From Candidatus Aquilonibacter sp. (GTDB lineage: Bacteria; Verrucomicrobiota; Verrucomicrobiia; Limisphaerales; UBA11358), in NCBI GenBank assembly GCA_035504945.1, contig DATJRH010000032.1, positions 184,711 through 248,710 on the forward strand: a DNA stretch of 64,000 bases, written 5' to 3'. Of this stretch, positions 1 through 8,898 are shown one piece after another. The notes beneath the pieces are model-generated. The model searched no databases, was not told where the DNA came from, and saw nothing but the letters and a program-made list of their open reading frames with translations. The translations under genes and the position numbers were made by a program. Position 1 is the stretch's first letter; each line of letters begins with the position of its first letter.

Positions 1-280
1 CGAAAAACCACAATATGAATATCCCGTCAGCATGGGAATTTACATCTACGACCGGCGGGCGTTGGAATACATTCCGCCCGGCCGGCATTTCGATTTTCCG
101 GAACTTGTTTTGAAATTGCTGGCCCACAAAAAAAAGGTCGCCTGTTTCGAATCGGATGCCATCTGGCTGGACATCGGCCGGCGGGAGGATTACGAAGCCG
201 CCCAGAAACTATTCGAACAAAACCAGGATCAATTTCGCATGGCCGGCTGGCCCAAAACGACTCCGGCAGCAGAGAAGTGA
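1..280 (+). CDS. sugar-phosphate nucleotidyltransferase, C-terminal fragment (gene begins upstream of window)
   Basis: The frame is open from the window edge (same frame as ORF 32..280). The tail ...DAIWLDIGRREDYEAAQKLF resembles the C-terminus of NTP_transferase-family sugar-1-P nucleotidyltransferases. The stop overlaps the next start at 277. Confidence 0.6.
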   Translation, partial: EKPQYEYPVSMGIYIYDRRALEYIPPGRHFDFPELVLKLLAHKKKVACFESDAIWLDIGRREDYEAAQKLFEQNQDQFRMAGWPKTTPAAEK

Positions 281-1203
281 AAATATCGAATCGTTCATTT
301 TCGCGCGGCGACGATTCTTCCCACTGGCTGGTGCTGGGATCGTCCGGATTTATTGGCCGCGCCGTATTTGCAATTCTCAAAGCCCGCGATTATCGGATTT
401 TTGGAGCCGGTCGGTCAGCTCCGTTGCCGGACGCTGCCGCTGGAAAATCCTGGCACGCCATTGATATTTTTGACTCTGATAATTTCCGCGCGCTCCTGCG
501 AAAGCTGCAACCTTCAATTTTGCTGAACGCCGTTGGATGTTTCCCAGCGGTTGCCGGCACCGATTTGAAAGATTTTTATGTTCGCAGCACCAAAATAATT
601 CTTGAAGCGGTGCGGGCTGAACAGCCGGCCTGCCGCGTTGTGTTGCTCGGTTCCGCCGCCGAATACGGCAATTCACCGGAAGCAGGCTCGTCCGAAACCA
701 ATGCGCCGCGCCCGCTTTCGGATTACGGTCGCGCGAAGTGCGAACAATTTGAAATATCCCGCCGGTTCGCGGCAAAGGGTCTGGACGTAATCACAGCGCG
801 TTTGTTCAATCCCGTCGGTCCCGGCCAAGGCAGCCATTTTTTCGCGGGAGCATTGCTGGAGCGGATTCGGCAGGGCGAACATTCACCGCAGGTGCATTCC
901 GCAAATCATGTCCGCGACTGGATTGACGTGCGGGACGTTGCCCGTGCGTTCGTGACACTGGCGGAATCGCCCAAGCCGCCGGCGGTGGCGAATGTTTGCA
1001 CCGGAAAAAGCCGGACCGTGGAATTTGTCGCCAGCCTCATCGGACGCCTGACCGGCGCGGAAATTAAAGCTGAACCCGGTGAAATATCGCCAAATGTGCT
1101 CTGGCGAAGCATCGGCAACCCGGAACGGATGTTCAATCTCGGCTGGCGGCCTCAACACAATCTGGCCGAAAGTCTGGCCGACCAATGGCGGCTTCTTTTG
1201 TGA
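277..1203 (+). CDS. NAD-dependent epimerase/dehydratase (extended SDR)
   Basis: N-terminal Rossmann motif LGSSGFIGRAV and catalytic YxxxK (SDYGRAK). 308 aa, typical length. Confidence 0.85.
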   Translation: MKISNRSFSRGDDSSHWLVLGSSGFIGRAVFAILKARDYRIFGAGRSAPLPDAAAGKSWHAIDIFDSDNFRALLRKLQPSILLNAVGCFPAVAGTDLKDFYVRSTKIILEAVRAEQPACRVVLLGSAAEYGNSPEAGSSETNAPRPLSDYGRAKCEQFEISRRFAAKGLDVITARLFNPVGPGQGSHFFAGALLERIRQGEHSPQVHSANHVRDWIDVRDVARAFVTLAESPKPPAVANVCTGKSRTVEFVASLIGRLTGAEIKAEPGEISPNVLWRSIGNPERMFNLGWRPQHNLAESLADQWRLLL

Positions 1204-2375
1204 AATCAAAACTCCGCAACCATCTCGACAATCAGATCCGGCTGTTGCGCGCCGGGTTGTTGTTGTGCTTTGATTCCATCGTCCTTTTGGTCTGCCGGAA
1301 AAAATCCCGGCGGCAGGAAGGCACCATTTTTTGTCTGCACGGCTTGGGTGATTTGCTGCTCGCCGGAAATGCGATCGTGCGTCTGGCCAGTCATCTGCGT
1401 TCACAAGGTTTGCGGGCGGTTTTGTTCGTGCATCCGGCACATATCGAGTTCGCGCGCCGCAATTTTGAAGTGGACGCGGTGGAAGGAATTGACCGACACC
1501 GTTTCACCCGTAAATTTTACTACCGGGCGAAAATTCTCAAATGTGTCGCCGGCCGCTTCGTCATCGCCGTGCAGCCGACATTCAACCGCATGCTTCGCGT
1601 GGAAGATTGTCTCGTGCGCGCGACCGGCGCCCGTGAAAAAATCGGCAGCGCCGGCCATGCGCCCTTTATCAGTCCGCAGGAACGATGGCTCGGCGACCGT
1701 TTTTACACCAAGCTCATCGCGCCGCAGCCCGCGCCCATGCACGAATTGGAACGGTATTCCGAATTCATGGCCGGAATGGGGATGCCAATTCCTTCAGAAC
1801 CGTGGCGTTTAGGGAAAAATGGACAGGAAGCCAGCAACGTTGCTGTTCCCAAGTCTTCCTATCTCGTGCTCGCGCCCAATGCGTCCGACGCAAAACGTTC
1901 CTGGCCGTTGGAAAATTTCCTGCGGACCGCCCGGCAGGTTGCGACGCAACACAAACTGGCCGTCGTCGTCATCGGCGACAAAAAAAATGATTTTCCACTC
2001 CGGTGGCTGGACGGCGATGGCGAAAACCCTGAATTGGTTGACCTTTACGGAAAAATCCCGACCGAAAACTTGCCCGGCGTGCTGGCCCGCGCTGAAATGG
2101 TGATTTCCAACGACAGTGGAATTTATCACCTCGGCGTGTCGCTTAATCGCCCGACCATCGCCGTAGGCGGCAGCGGTCTTCCGGCGAGATATTTTCCATA
2201 TCCGCGCGAAGCCGCTATGTTGACGAAAGTGCTTTATCGTCCGGTGCCGTGCGCTGGTTGCAACTGGCGGTGCATTTACACCCCTGCGCGCACCGAAACG
2301 GTTTGGTGCCTTCAACAAATTTCCTGGCAGGAAATGGCGGAGGCCGCCGACGAACTTTTGCGCCGGGCTTCCTGA
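1185..2375 (+). CDS. glycosyltransferase family 9 (heptosyltransferase-like)
   Basis: C-terminal block MVISNDSGIYHLGVSLNRPTIAVGG is typical of GT9. Overlaps the upstream gene end. Confidence 0.75.
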   Translation: MAASFVKSKLRNHLDNQIRLLRAGLLLCFDSIVLLVCRKKSRRQEGTIFCLHGLGDLLLAGNAIVRLASHLRSQGLRAVLFVHPAHIEFARRNFEVDAVEGIDRHRFTRKFYYRAKILKCVAGRFVIAVQPTFNRMLRVEDCLVRATGAREKIGSAGHAPFISPQERWLGDRFYTKLIAPQPAPMHELERYSEFMAGMGMPIPSEPWRLGKNGQEASNVAVPKSSYLVLAPNASDAKRSWPLENFLRTARQVATQHKLAVVVIGDKKNDFPLRWLDGDGENPELVDLYGKIPTENLPGVLARAEMVISNDSGIYHLGVSLNRPTIAVGGSGLPARYFPYPREAAMLTKVLYRPVPCAGCNWRCIYTPARTETVWCLQQISWQEMAEAADELLRRAS

Positions 2376-2377
2376 AC

Positions 2378-3526
2378 ATGAATCCAGTTTCCAAATCTCT
2401 CCGCATTGTTCTGGCCATCGGCATTTACGAGCCGGAACACGGCGGAGCATCCGATTGGCTGCAAAATTACGCGGCGTGGCTCACGACCCGCGGCCATCGC
2501 GTTTGCGTGGTTTGCGAACGGGCGGAAACTTCCGCTGCCGAATCCTGCGATTTATTGACCTTGCCAACCTCGCAACACACGAAAAATTCCTGGAAGCGCG
2601 CTGCCGCATTACAAAATTTGGCGAAAGACCGTTCAGCTGACATTGTGCATGACACCGGTTGCCTCCCGGCTTCCGATGTTTTTCACCCGCTGATGGGTTC
2701 ACTCATTCATAATTGGCGGCGCCAGTTGCGGGCGTTCCCGCCGATGTTGCGTTTCCGCCGGTTCTGGCACGTCCGCCTGTGGCGCGACGTTCGGCTGCAA
2801 TGGCAGCAACGTCGCCAGCATCGGATTCTGGTCGCGTGTTCCAAAAGAGTTGCCGCTGATTTTGCGCAACTCGGTTGTAAAAATTCCATCGTCATTCACA
2901 ACGGCATCCGCGAGTTCGTTTCTTCGCCGCCGGAAATCATCCAGCAATTGCGCCGCGAACTCGGCGGCGGCGACCGCCTGCTCGCGCTGGCCACCGCCAC
3001 CAATTTTTATCTCAAAGGCGTGATGACATTGCTTCGCGCCCTGTCCTATTTGGATGCGGAGACCAGAAAAAAATTTCTAGTGATAGTCACGGGACATAAT
3101 CAGGACGGAATTTTTCAACAGGAAATCAACCGGCGCGGCCTTCACGATTGCTGTCGTCTGCTGGGCTGGGTGAAAAATATTGATTATTATTATAGCGCGG
3201 CGGACATTTTTCTGCATCCGACTTATCACGACGCCGGCAGCCTTTCGACTTTGAAAGCGCTCGCATCAGGTTGCGCGGTGGTTGCCAGCCGGTTCGATGG
3301 GTCCGCGGATTTTATCAGCGACGGAATCAATGGACTGATTTTGAACCAGCCGGGCGACGCGGAAGAATTGGCGAGGATTTTGCAGCGGTTGTTGGATGCG
3401 GGGCTGCGGAATCAGCTAAGTGCGTCGGCACGGCTATTGGCACCGTCATTTGATCAAGATCTTCAATTCCAACAACTCGAGGCGCTCTACTTCGACCTTT
3501 TATCCGGCAAAATTCCCCCGGCATGA
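2378..3526 (+). CDS. glycosyltransferase, GT-B group 1 (GT4-like)
   Basis: Start set at ATG 2378, directly after the upstream stop at 2373-2375, giving MNPVSKSLRIVLAIG..HGGASDW. C-terminal LHPTYHDAGSLSTLKALASGCAVVASRFDG..GINGLIL matches the group-1 GT signature. Confidence 0.8.
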   Translation: MNPVSKSLRIVLAIGIYEPEHGGASDWLQNYAAWLTTRGHRVCVVCERAETSAAESCDLLTLPTSQHTKNSWKRAAALQNLAKDRSADIVHDTGCLPASDVFHPLMGSLIHNWRRQLRAFPPMLRFRRFWHVRLWRDVRLQWQQRRQHRILVACSKRVAADFAQLGCKNSIVIHNGIREFVSSPPEIIQQLRRELGGGDRLLALATATNFYLKGVMTLLRALSYLDAETRKKFLVIVTGHNQDGIFQQEINRRGLHDCCRLLGWVKNIDYYYSAADIFLHPTYHDAGSLSTLKALASGCAVVASRFDGSADFISDGINGLILNQPGDAEELARILQRLLDAGLRNQLSASARLLAPSFDQDLQFQQLEALYFDLLSGKIPPA

Positions 3527-4566
3527 AACAGCTTCTCGCATTTACGTTGGGCGTCAACCACCCGTCCTCGAGGCTGCGAATTGCCGCCTATGAAAATCAT
3601 TTTCCGCGTCTCGGCTGGAATTTGCGGATGCATCATTTTGATTCGGGCATGGGAAAAGCGCTGCCACAATCCGGTTTCTGGTGGGCACGCGCGGCCCGAC
3701 GGCTGCGTCGCCGCCGGCAAACCGTGCGGGCCGTGGCGGCGCTTCGCCAACTTCATCTGGATGAACCCATCGTTATCAGCCGCGAATTACCCGTGAGCCG
3801 CCGCCCATTTCTGAATGCGCCCAATCCAATAATCTTGGACATTGACGATGCGCTTTATCTGGGGTCCGGTCGTGACCGGCTCCTTGAACTCTGCCGGAGG
3901 GCGCAAGTCGTGGTGTGCGGAAATAAAATCCTTGCCGATGAACTTTCGAAATTCTCCCGGCGCTGCGTCGTGATTCCCACTGCGGTTGACACGGAATTGT
4001 ATCGCGTCCGAACGAATTATCAATTGAAAGGCGCGCTGCGATTGGGCTGGCTGGGCAGTTCAATGTCCATCGAACAAACGCTGTTTCCGTTGATGAACGC
4101 GCTGGCTGAAATCCGCCACCAACTGCCTTTCGAGCTGGTGGTGATTTCGGACGAGCTTCCGCAATTTTTGCAGGACATCGGCTGGGCGCGCTTTTTGAAA
4201 TGGTCGCCCGCCGTGGAAAAAGCAATCGCGGATCACATGGACGTTGGCCTCATGCCGTTGCAGGACAATCCTTATCAACGCGCCAAATGCGGCGCGAAAT
4301 TGCTGCAATACATGGCGGCCGGACTTCCGGTCATTGCCGCACCCGTTGGCACGAACCGGGAAATTGTCGCCGACGGCTCAACTGGATTTTTGGCCGCAAG
4401 CCCGGACGATTGGCGACGAGCCGTTCACCGGCTGGCGAAGCAGGAAAATTTGCGCGCGGCATTTGGCCATGCCGGACGGGGATTGGTTGTGCAAAATTAT
4501 TCGGTTGCGTGCTGGGCGGAAAAATGGGTGGCATTGCTGAACGAAATTACCCGCCAGCCGGGTTGA
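3523..4566 (+). CDS. glycosyltransferase, GT-B group 1
   Basis: ATGA overlap with the upstream stop. The block AKCGAKLLQYMAAGLPVIAAPVGTNREIVADGSTGFLA is typical of group-1 GTs. Confidence 0.75.
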   Translation: MKQLLAFTLGVNHPSSRLRIAAYENHFPRLGWNLRMHHFDSGMGKALPQSGFWWARAARRLRRRRQTVRAVAALRQLHLDEPIVISRELPVSRRPFLNAPNPIILDIDDALYLGSGRDRLLELCRRAQVVVCGNKILADELSKFSRRCVVIPTAVDTELYRVRTNYQLKGALRLGWLGSSMSIEQTLFPLMNALAEIRHQLPFELVVISDELPQFLQDIGWARFLKWSPAVEKAIADHMDVGLMPLQDNPYQRAKCGAKLLQYMAAGLPVIAAPVGTNREIVADGSTGFLAASPDDWRRAVHRLAKQENLRAAFGHAGRGLVVQNYSVACWAEKWVALLNEITRQPG

Positions 4567-4570
4567 AGTT

Positions 4571-5167
4571 TCAAGCGCGAATGCCGGAGCCGATGATGCG
4601 CGGCGGAACAAGAACCGTGCGGATCGCAACGTCCGTCATTCCTTCAAAAAAAACTTCCCGGAAAGTCTGCTCGCTGAAGCGGTAGTAATCGCCGGGAAAA
4701 TTGTGAACGCCAAGCGTGAGCGTCGAGTGCTGCAACGGCCAGCCGTCCGGTTGTTTTGAAAACTGGGAAAACCGGGCAAGCCAGCGGCGGAGCTTCGGCT
4801 CGAAAGGCAATGACTTGAAACCCGGTGCGCCAATTGCCACCAGTCCGCCCGCGCGGACAACCCGCCGGATTTCTGCCAGCGTCTTCCAGAAAAAACGGTC
4901 GTGCTCCAATACGGCGTTGCACAGCACCGCTTCAAAATGTTGATTGGGAAAACAGCTCATGTCGTTGGCGTCAACCGCCAGGATTGCGAAATCCTTGAAT
5001 TTGGATTCACCCGCCTTGTTGATTCCGATTCTTTTCGCCGCGCCGGCCAGCGAAGGGAGATTCAACAGTGTGAGGTCGTCCGGCGTCGCACCGATTTCCA
5101 GCACGGCCCCGCGAATCTCCCGCGCACGGCAGATTTCCTCGAACACTTTGAAGACAGCCGGATGCAT
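4571..5167 (-). CDS. class I SAM-dependent methyltransferase
   Basis: SAM-binding motif I (AVLEIGATPDD) and a Methyltransf_11-like layout with the acidic loop LAVDANDM. 198 aa. Confidence 0.75.
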   Translation of the reverse strand: MHPAVFKVFEEICRAREIRGAVLEIGATPDDLTLLNLPSLAGAAKRIGINKAGESKFKDFAILAVDANDMSCFPNQHFEAVLCNAVLEHDRFFWKTLAEIRRVVRAGGLVAIGAPGFKSLPFEPKLRRWLARFSQFSKQPDGWPLQHSTLTLGVHNFPGDYYRFSEQTFREVFFEGMTDVAIRTVLVPPRIIGSGIRA

Positions 5168-5174
5168 GATGACT

Positions 5175-6014
5175 TCAGCCTTTTAGCTTTTTGGCCGCGC
5201 ACCAGTAAATGTTTTGCGTCAACGCCCGGAGCCGGCCGGATTTACGCCGCAAATCGTAACCATGCGCGGCGGCAATGCGCACCGCCTCCGCGGAACATTT
5301 TATTGCCGGGACGGCGCGGGACAACGGACGGGTTTGGCGCGCGGCTTCCCGGAGCGCTATCGGGTCGGGTTTCAATTGCAGAAACTCAAACACGCCCGTT
5401 AGGATTTTCCCGGTTCCACGGCAGAAATCTTCGTAGCGCAAACTGTGGACGCGCCCGGGCAAAGTTTGGCGGAACTGCAACACATGTTGTTCATGGAAGG
5501 CCCATCGCTCCATTTTCTCCTCCGGCGACAATCCCAGCCAGAAATCGCCATCCGGTGTTTGATTGAACCGGTTGGAACTGGCGACCACCTCGAACGGATG
5601 CCGGACGATGTGCAGGAAATGCGCCTCGGGAAAATGTTCCAGTACAAATTTCAACAACTCCGGGTCCGTGTGTTGCATCGGCTTTTTGTCACCGATCCAT
5701 TTCAAGCCGGTTTTCTTCTGGCCCGGCAGCCACGGATTGCCCTTTTCCATCACCGCCATCTGGACGGCGACGAAATTTTCCCACGGACTCGCTTCGCGGC
5801 GGAGTAAATGTCCCGCTGCCTCCAGTGTCAGCTTCATGCCCCGGTCCGAATCCCAAGTGTGGGCGCGAAACGGCCGGTCATGATGAAACTGATGCAAAAT
5901 CCACGCGACATCGGACTCGTGGGACACGAAAACCTGCGGATGCAAATTCAAAACCCGAACCAACTGGGAGGTCCCAGAACGTTTATTGCCAATGATGAAC
6001 AAAGGACGCATCAC
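5175..6014 (-). CDS. sulfotransferase family protein
   Basis: N-terminal PAPS 5'-phosphosulfate-binding loop FIIGNKRSGTSQL and a later RHPFEVVAS block. 279 aa. Confidence 0.75.
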   Translation of the reverse strand: MMRPLFIIGNKRSGTSQLVRVLNLHPQVFVSHESDVAWILHQFHHDRPFRAHTWDSDRGMKLTLEAAGHLLRREASPWENFVAVQMAVMEKGNPWLPGQKKTGLKWIGDKKPMQHTDPELLKFVLEHFPEAHFLHIVRHPFEVVASSNRFNQTPDGDFWLGLSPEEKMERWAFHEQHVLQFRQTLPGRVHSLRYEDFCRGTGKILTGVFEFLQLKPDPIALREAARQTRPLSRAVPAIKCSAEAVRIAAAHGYDLRRKSGRLRALTQNIYWCAAKKLKG

Positions 6015-6158
6015 CTATCTGCTGACCAAAAATCGCGACAACTTCACACCACCTTCTTACCTTGAAAATAATTTTAGTAAACCTTTGGTTTTCAAGCTAA
6101 TTCAACCCTTTTTGACAACCGGACAAATTATGCGCGAAGGCACAACTCCATTGTTTAG

Positions 6159-6245
6159 TGGTGCCGACGGAGGGGGTCGAACCCACACGACCGTAAGGTC
6201 ACTAGATTTTGAGTCTAGCGCGTCTGCCAATTCCGCCACATCGGC
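6159..6245 (-). tRNA. tRNA-Leu (anticodon CAA), type II with long variable arm, CCA encoded
   Basis: Reverse complement reads GCCGATG-TG-GCGG..CTCAAAA..GTGACCTTACGGTCGT..GGGTTCGACCCCC-CGTCGGC-ACCA. It has a 7-bp acceptor stem with one G-U, an anticodon loop CT-CAA-AA, and a T-loop GGTTCGA. Confidence 0.9.
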
Positions 6246-6365
6246 CACCAGTCGTTCAATATATTTTAATGGCGGTCGAAGTAAATATATTTCAGCATGC
6301 GAACAACCTAAAAAGCCGGTCTAAAAAATTTAAAATTGGTGCTGCAAAATTTTCGAGCGGAAAAA

Positions 6366-7103
6366 TCACCGCCAATACCCGGGTTCCCTGTGCCAGCCAT
6401 ACGGCCCGTGAATCCAATATCCGCGAACCCAGACCGCGTGCGGATAAGGCGGCAAACCCCAATGCCCAGCCACCCAAATCCACCGCCCGTTCCAAATCCA
6501 TTCTCCGTCGATCCAGACATAATTCGGCCCGGGGGCAACGACTGTAACGTTTTCCGTCGGCGCGGGCGGCGGCGGTTGGGAGACGACGGTTTCCGTGGTG
6601 GGAGCCTCCGTCGTTCCGCCGATGGTGGTTGGCGTGTTGATCATGAAATCAATCACTTTTTCACTCACGCCGGAATTCCGCAAATCTATGATGTCCGCAG
6701 CGCTCAAATGATAGACCGTATGCGAGGCACGAATCTGGCTGATGATGAGGTCGTCGCTGATTTTCGCCTGCGCCAGCGCCTTGACATCCGCCACCGCCAG
6801 CGGCTGATTTTGTTCCACGCGCACGTAAGTTTGCGGCGCCTGCGTGCGCAAATACTCGCGCTGCTGTTCATCCATGGAGTTGCCGATCAACGCGCCGGTG
6901 ATCGCGCCAATCGCGCCGCCGATCAACGCGCCCGCGCCGGCGTTTCGCGGCCCGCCGATGACCGCGCCGCTTGCCGCGCCGACCGCCGCGCCGGTCAATG
7001 CACCCGTTCCGGTGTTGTTCGGCTCGCCGTTCGGATACTGGCAGCCAGTCAAAGCCACCGCCAATGTTCCCGCTGACAAAATCAAAACATGAGACTTTTT
7101 CAT
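6366..7103 (-). CDS. lipoprotein with glycine-zipper segment and C-terminal Trp-rich YxWxxGxW-type repeats
   Basis: Lipobox LTGC after a signal peptide (MKKSHVLILSAGTLAVALTGC). Then a GxxxG-rich stretch (GAAVGAASGAVIGG..GALIGGAIGAITGALIG) and the tail YVWIDGEWIWNGRWIWVAGHWG..YWIHGPYGWH. Confidence 0.6.
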   Translation of the reverse strand: MKKSHVLILSAGTLAVALTGCQYPNGEPNNTGTGALTGAAVGAASGAVIGGPRNAGAGALIGGAIGAITGALIGNSMDEQQREYLRTQAPQTYVRVEQNQPLAVADVKALAQAKISDDLIISQIRASHTVYHLSAADIIDLRNSGVSEKVIDFMINTPTTIGGTTEAPTTETVVSQPPPPAPTENVTVVAPGPNYVWIDGEWIWNGRWIWVAGHWGLPPYPHAVWVRGYWIHGPYGWHREPGYWR

Positions 7104-7225
7104 GACTTAAATCTAATTAACCAGACAGTTACTAATATGCCAAGGTTCAAAAAAAAATTCAACTCGCGAAGAAACACCAGTTTTCTGTGCGGAATGATTT
7201 GCCCTAAAACGAAACTGCGCTTTTA

Positions 7226-8008
7226 ATGAACGTGATGATCGCGAAACGAGTTATTCCGTGTCTGGACGTCCACGAGGGCAAGGTCACGCGCGGCGTTCAA
7301 TTTGGAAAAGCCGAAGCGGGCGAATTGAAAAATGTCGGCGACCCGGTGCAACTTGCGCTCCGCTACAACGAGCAGGGCGCGGATGAAATGGTTTTTTTTG
7401 ACATTACCGCCAGCGCACATGGCCGGGCAACGATGGTGGACGTAATTGAGCGCGCCGCCGACCAATGTTTCATGCCGCTTACCGTTGGCGGCGGCATCAA
7501 GTCCGTCGAGGAAATGTTTCAAATGCTCCGCGCCGGCGCGGACAAAATCAGCATCAATTCTTCCGCGCTGGCAAACCCGGATTTGATTCGCGCGGGCGCG
7601 GAAAAATTCGGCAGCCAATGCATCGTCGTTTCCGTTGACGCGAAAAAAGTCGCGCCGGACAAGTGGGAAGTGTTCTCACACGGCGGGCGCAAACCAACCG
7701 GACTCGATGCGATTGACTGGGTGAAAAAAGCCGTTGCGCTCGGCGCGGGCGAAATTGTTTTGAACTCGATTGACGCCGACGGCACGAAAGCCGGATTCGA
7801 TTTGGTCATCACGCGGCGCATCAGCGAATCCGTGGGCGTGCCGGTGGTTGCCAGCGGCGGCGCGGGCACGCTGGAGCACATGGCTGAAGTGCTGCTCGAA
7901 GGCAAAGCCGACGCCGTGCTGGCTGCGAGCATTTTTCACTTCGGCACTTACACCGTTGGCGACGTAAAGAAGTTTTTGGCGGCCAAAAATATTCTGGTAA
8001 GGTTGTAA
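7226..8008 (+). CDS. hisF: imidazole glycerol phosphate synthase, cyclase subunit
   Basis: [18 protein letters not shown].. and later ..SGGAG..EH.. blocks are collinear with HisF over the full length. Confidence 0.95.
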   Translation: MNVMIAKRVIPCLDVHEGKVTRGVQFGKAEAGELKNVGDPVQLALRYNEQGADEMVFFDITASAHGRATMVDVIERAADQCFMPLTVGGGIKSVEEMFQMLRAGADKISINSSALANPDLIRAGAEKFGSQCIVVSVDAKKVAPDKWEVFSHGGRKPTGLDAIDWVKKAVALGAGEIVLNSIDADGTKAGFDLVITRRISESVGVPVVASGGAGTLEHMAEVLLEGKADAVLAASIFHFGTYTVGDVKKFLAAKNILVRL

Positions 8009-8259
8009 TTCACTGATGAAGGCGATCAAAGGTTAATCATCCCGATTATCCACTCGCAAAGATTCGCACGGCGGGCAAAGTGACTCAGGCTGCAAAATGT
8101 TAGCGGTGTCTCAAAAAATTACAAATCGCGCCGAAATGGGACATTTCGGAGCAGGAGTAAGGAATTACATAAATAATGATGGCGGCTCGGTTTGTGATTT
8201 TTATTCAGATTGAGAGGAAATTTGAAAGGAAAAATGCCATCTGTTTTAACTTGAATTTT

Positions 8260-8275
8260 TGGCATTGCCGCTGCT
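8260..8275 (+). promoter_or_regulatory. sigma-54 type -24/-12 promoter candidate (TGGCAT-N5-CTGCT)
   Basis: GG and GC dinucleotides at canonical spacing, 113 nt upstream of ATG 8389. It is positionally equivalent to the stronger site at 8862. Confidence 0.45.
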
Positions 8276-8300
8276 AGAGTCGAAATGGTTGCGGTCGCGA

Positions 8301-8357
8301 CAGGCAATCAGTGAACCACAGTTGTAATTATTGTAACCCGCCTGTCGTTTGGTTCAC
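8301..8357 (+). promoter_or_regulatory. conserved leader element, copy 1 (CAGGC/GTGAAC/GCCTG/GTTCAC blocks)
   Basis: Four blocks are identical in sequence and spacing to copy 2 at 8899-8955, while the intervening sequence has diverged. Confidence 0.4.
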
Positions 8358-8388
8358 GCCGCATTATTAGAAAGAAAGAAAACACAAA

Positions 8389-8760
8389 ATGAAAATGACG
8401 AAGAACCTCCGCAAGGCGGGTTTCACGCTGGTGGAAATCATGATTGTCGTGGCCATCATTGGCCTGTTGGCGGCGATTGCGATTCCGAACTTTGTGAAAG
8501 CCCGTGCGACCGCGCAGGCCAATGCCTGCATCAACAACCTCCGCCAGATTGACGCGGCGGAAAATCAATGGGCGTTGGAAGCAGGACAGACAACGGGAGC
8601 AACTGTTGTTAATGCAGACCTCACTCCCTACATCAAGCTGAACTCTAACAACGACATTCCGGGCTGCCCCGCCGGCGGCACTTACACGATAAACCCGGTT
8701 GGCCAGAATCCGACTTGCTCGCTTAGCACACTGGCGTCAAATCCTCATATTCTGCCTTAA
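8389..8760 (+). CDS. prepilin-type N-terminal cleavage/methylation domain protein (pseudopilin/pilin-like)
   Basis: MKMTKNLRKAG|FTLVEIMIVVAIIGLLAAIAIP is a class III signal peptide. The C-terminal Cys pair (GCPAGG...CSL) is pilin-like. Confidence 0.8.
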   Translation: MKMTKNLRKAGFTLVEIMIVVAIIGLLAAIAIPNFVKARATAQANACINNLRQIDAAENQWALEAGQTTGATVVNADLTPYIKLNSNNDIPGCPAGGTYTINPVGQNPTCSLSTLASNPHILP

Positions 8761-8782
8761 TTAAAGAGCAGATTGAAATCAG

Positions 8783-8810
8783 CCCGAAGCGAAAGCTTCG
8801 GGTTTTTTTA
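8783..8810 (+). terminator. rho-independent terminator
   Basis: CCCGAAGC-gaaa-GCTTCGGG followed by TTTTTTT. Confidence 0.8.
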
Positions 8811-8861
8811 TTTCCAACTGCGGGCGATCAATGGCTCTTTGCGCGTTTTTCACCCGGCTTC

Positions 8862-8877
8862 TGGCACTAGTGTTGCT
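8862..8877 (+). promoter_or_regulatory. sigma-54 -24/-12 promoter candidate (TGGCAC-N5-TTGCT)
   Basis: Exact match to the canonical RpoN consensus TGGCAC-N5-TTGCW, 100 nt upstream of ATG 8978. Confidence 0.65.
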
Positions 8878-8898
8878 ATCTTTCCTTTGCGGTCATCA

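Noticed and set aside
6015-6365. tRNA-Leu flanks, and tRNA-CAU flanks at 24741-24933, as integration sites of genomic islands.
   Set aside because: No integrase, no direct repeat of the tRNA 3' end, and no obvious compositional break in the adjacent gene clusters.
6336-7076. A 246-aa plus-strand ORF opposite the lipoprotein gene.
   Set aside because: The minus-strand frame has a lipobox signal peptide and coherent repeats. The plus-strand product is Arg/Pro-rich with no features.
8131-8149. CCGAAAT-gggac-ATTTCGG inverted repeat as a shared enhancer (UAS) for the sigma-54 candidates, compared with CCGAAGC-gaaa-GCTTCGG at 8784-8802.
   Set aside because: The second instance is the terminator hairpin of the first pseudopilin gene. 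The distances to the -24 element differ (129 versus 78 nt), so there is no evidence for a common site.
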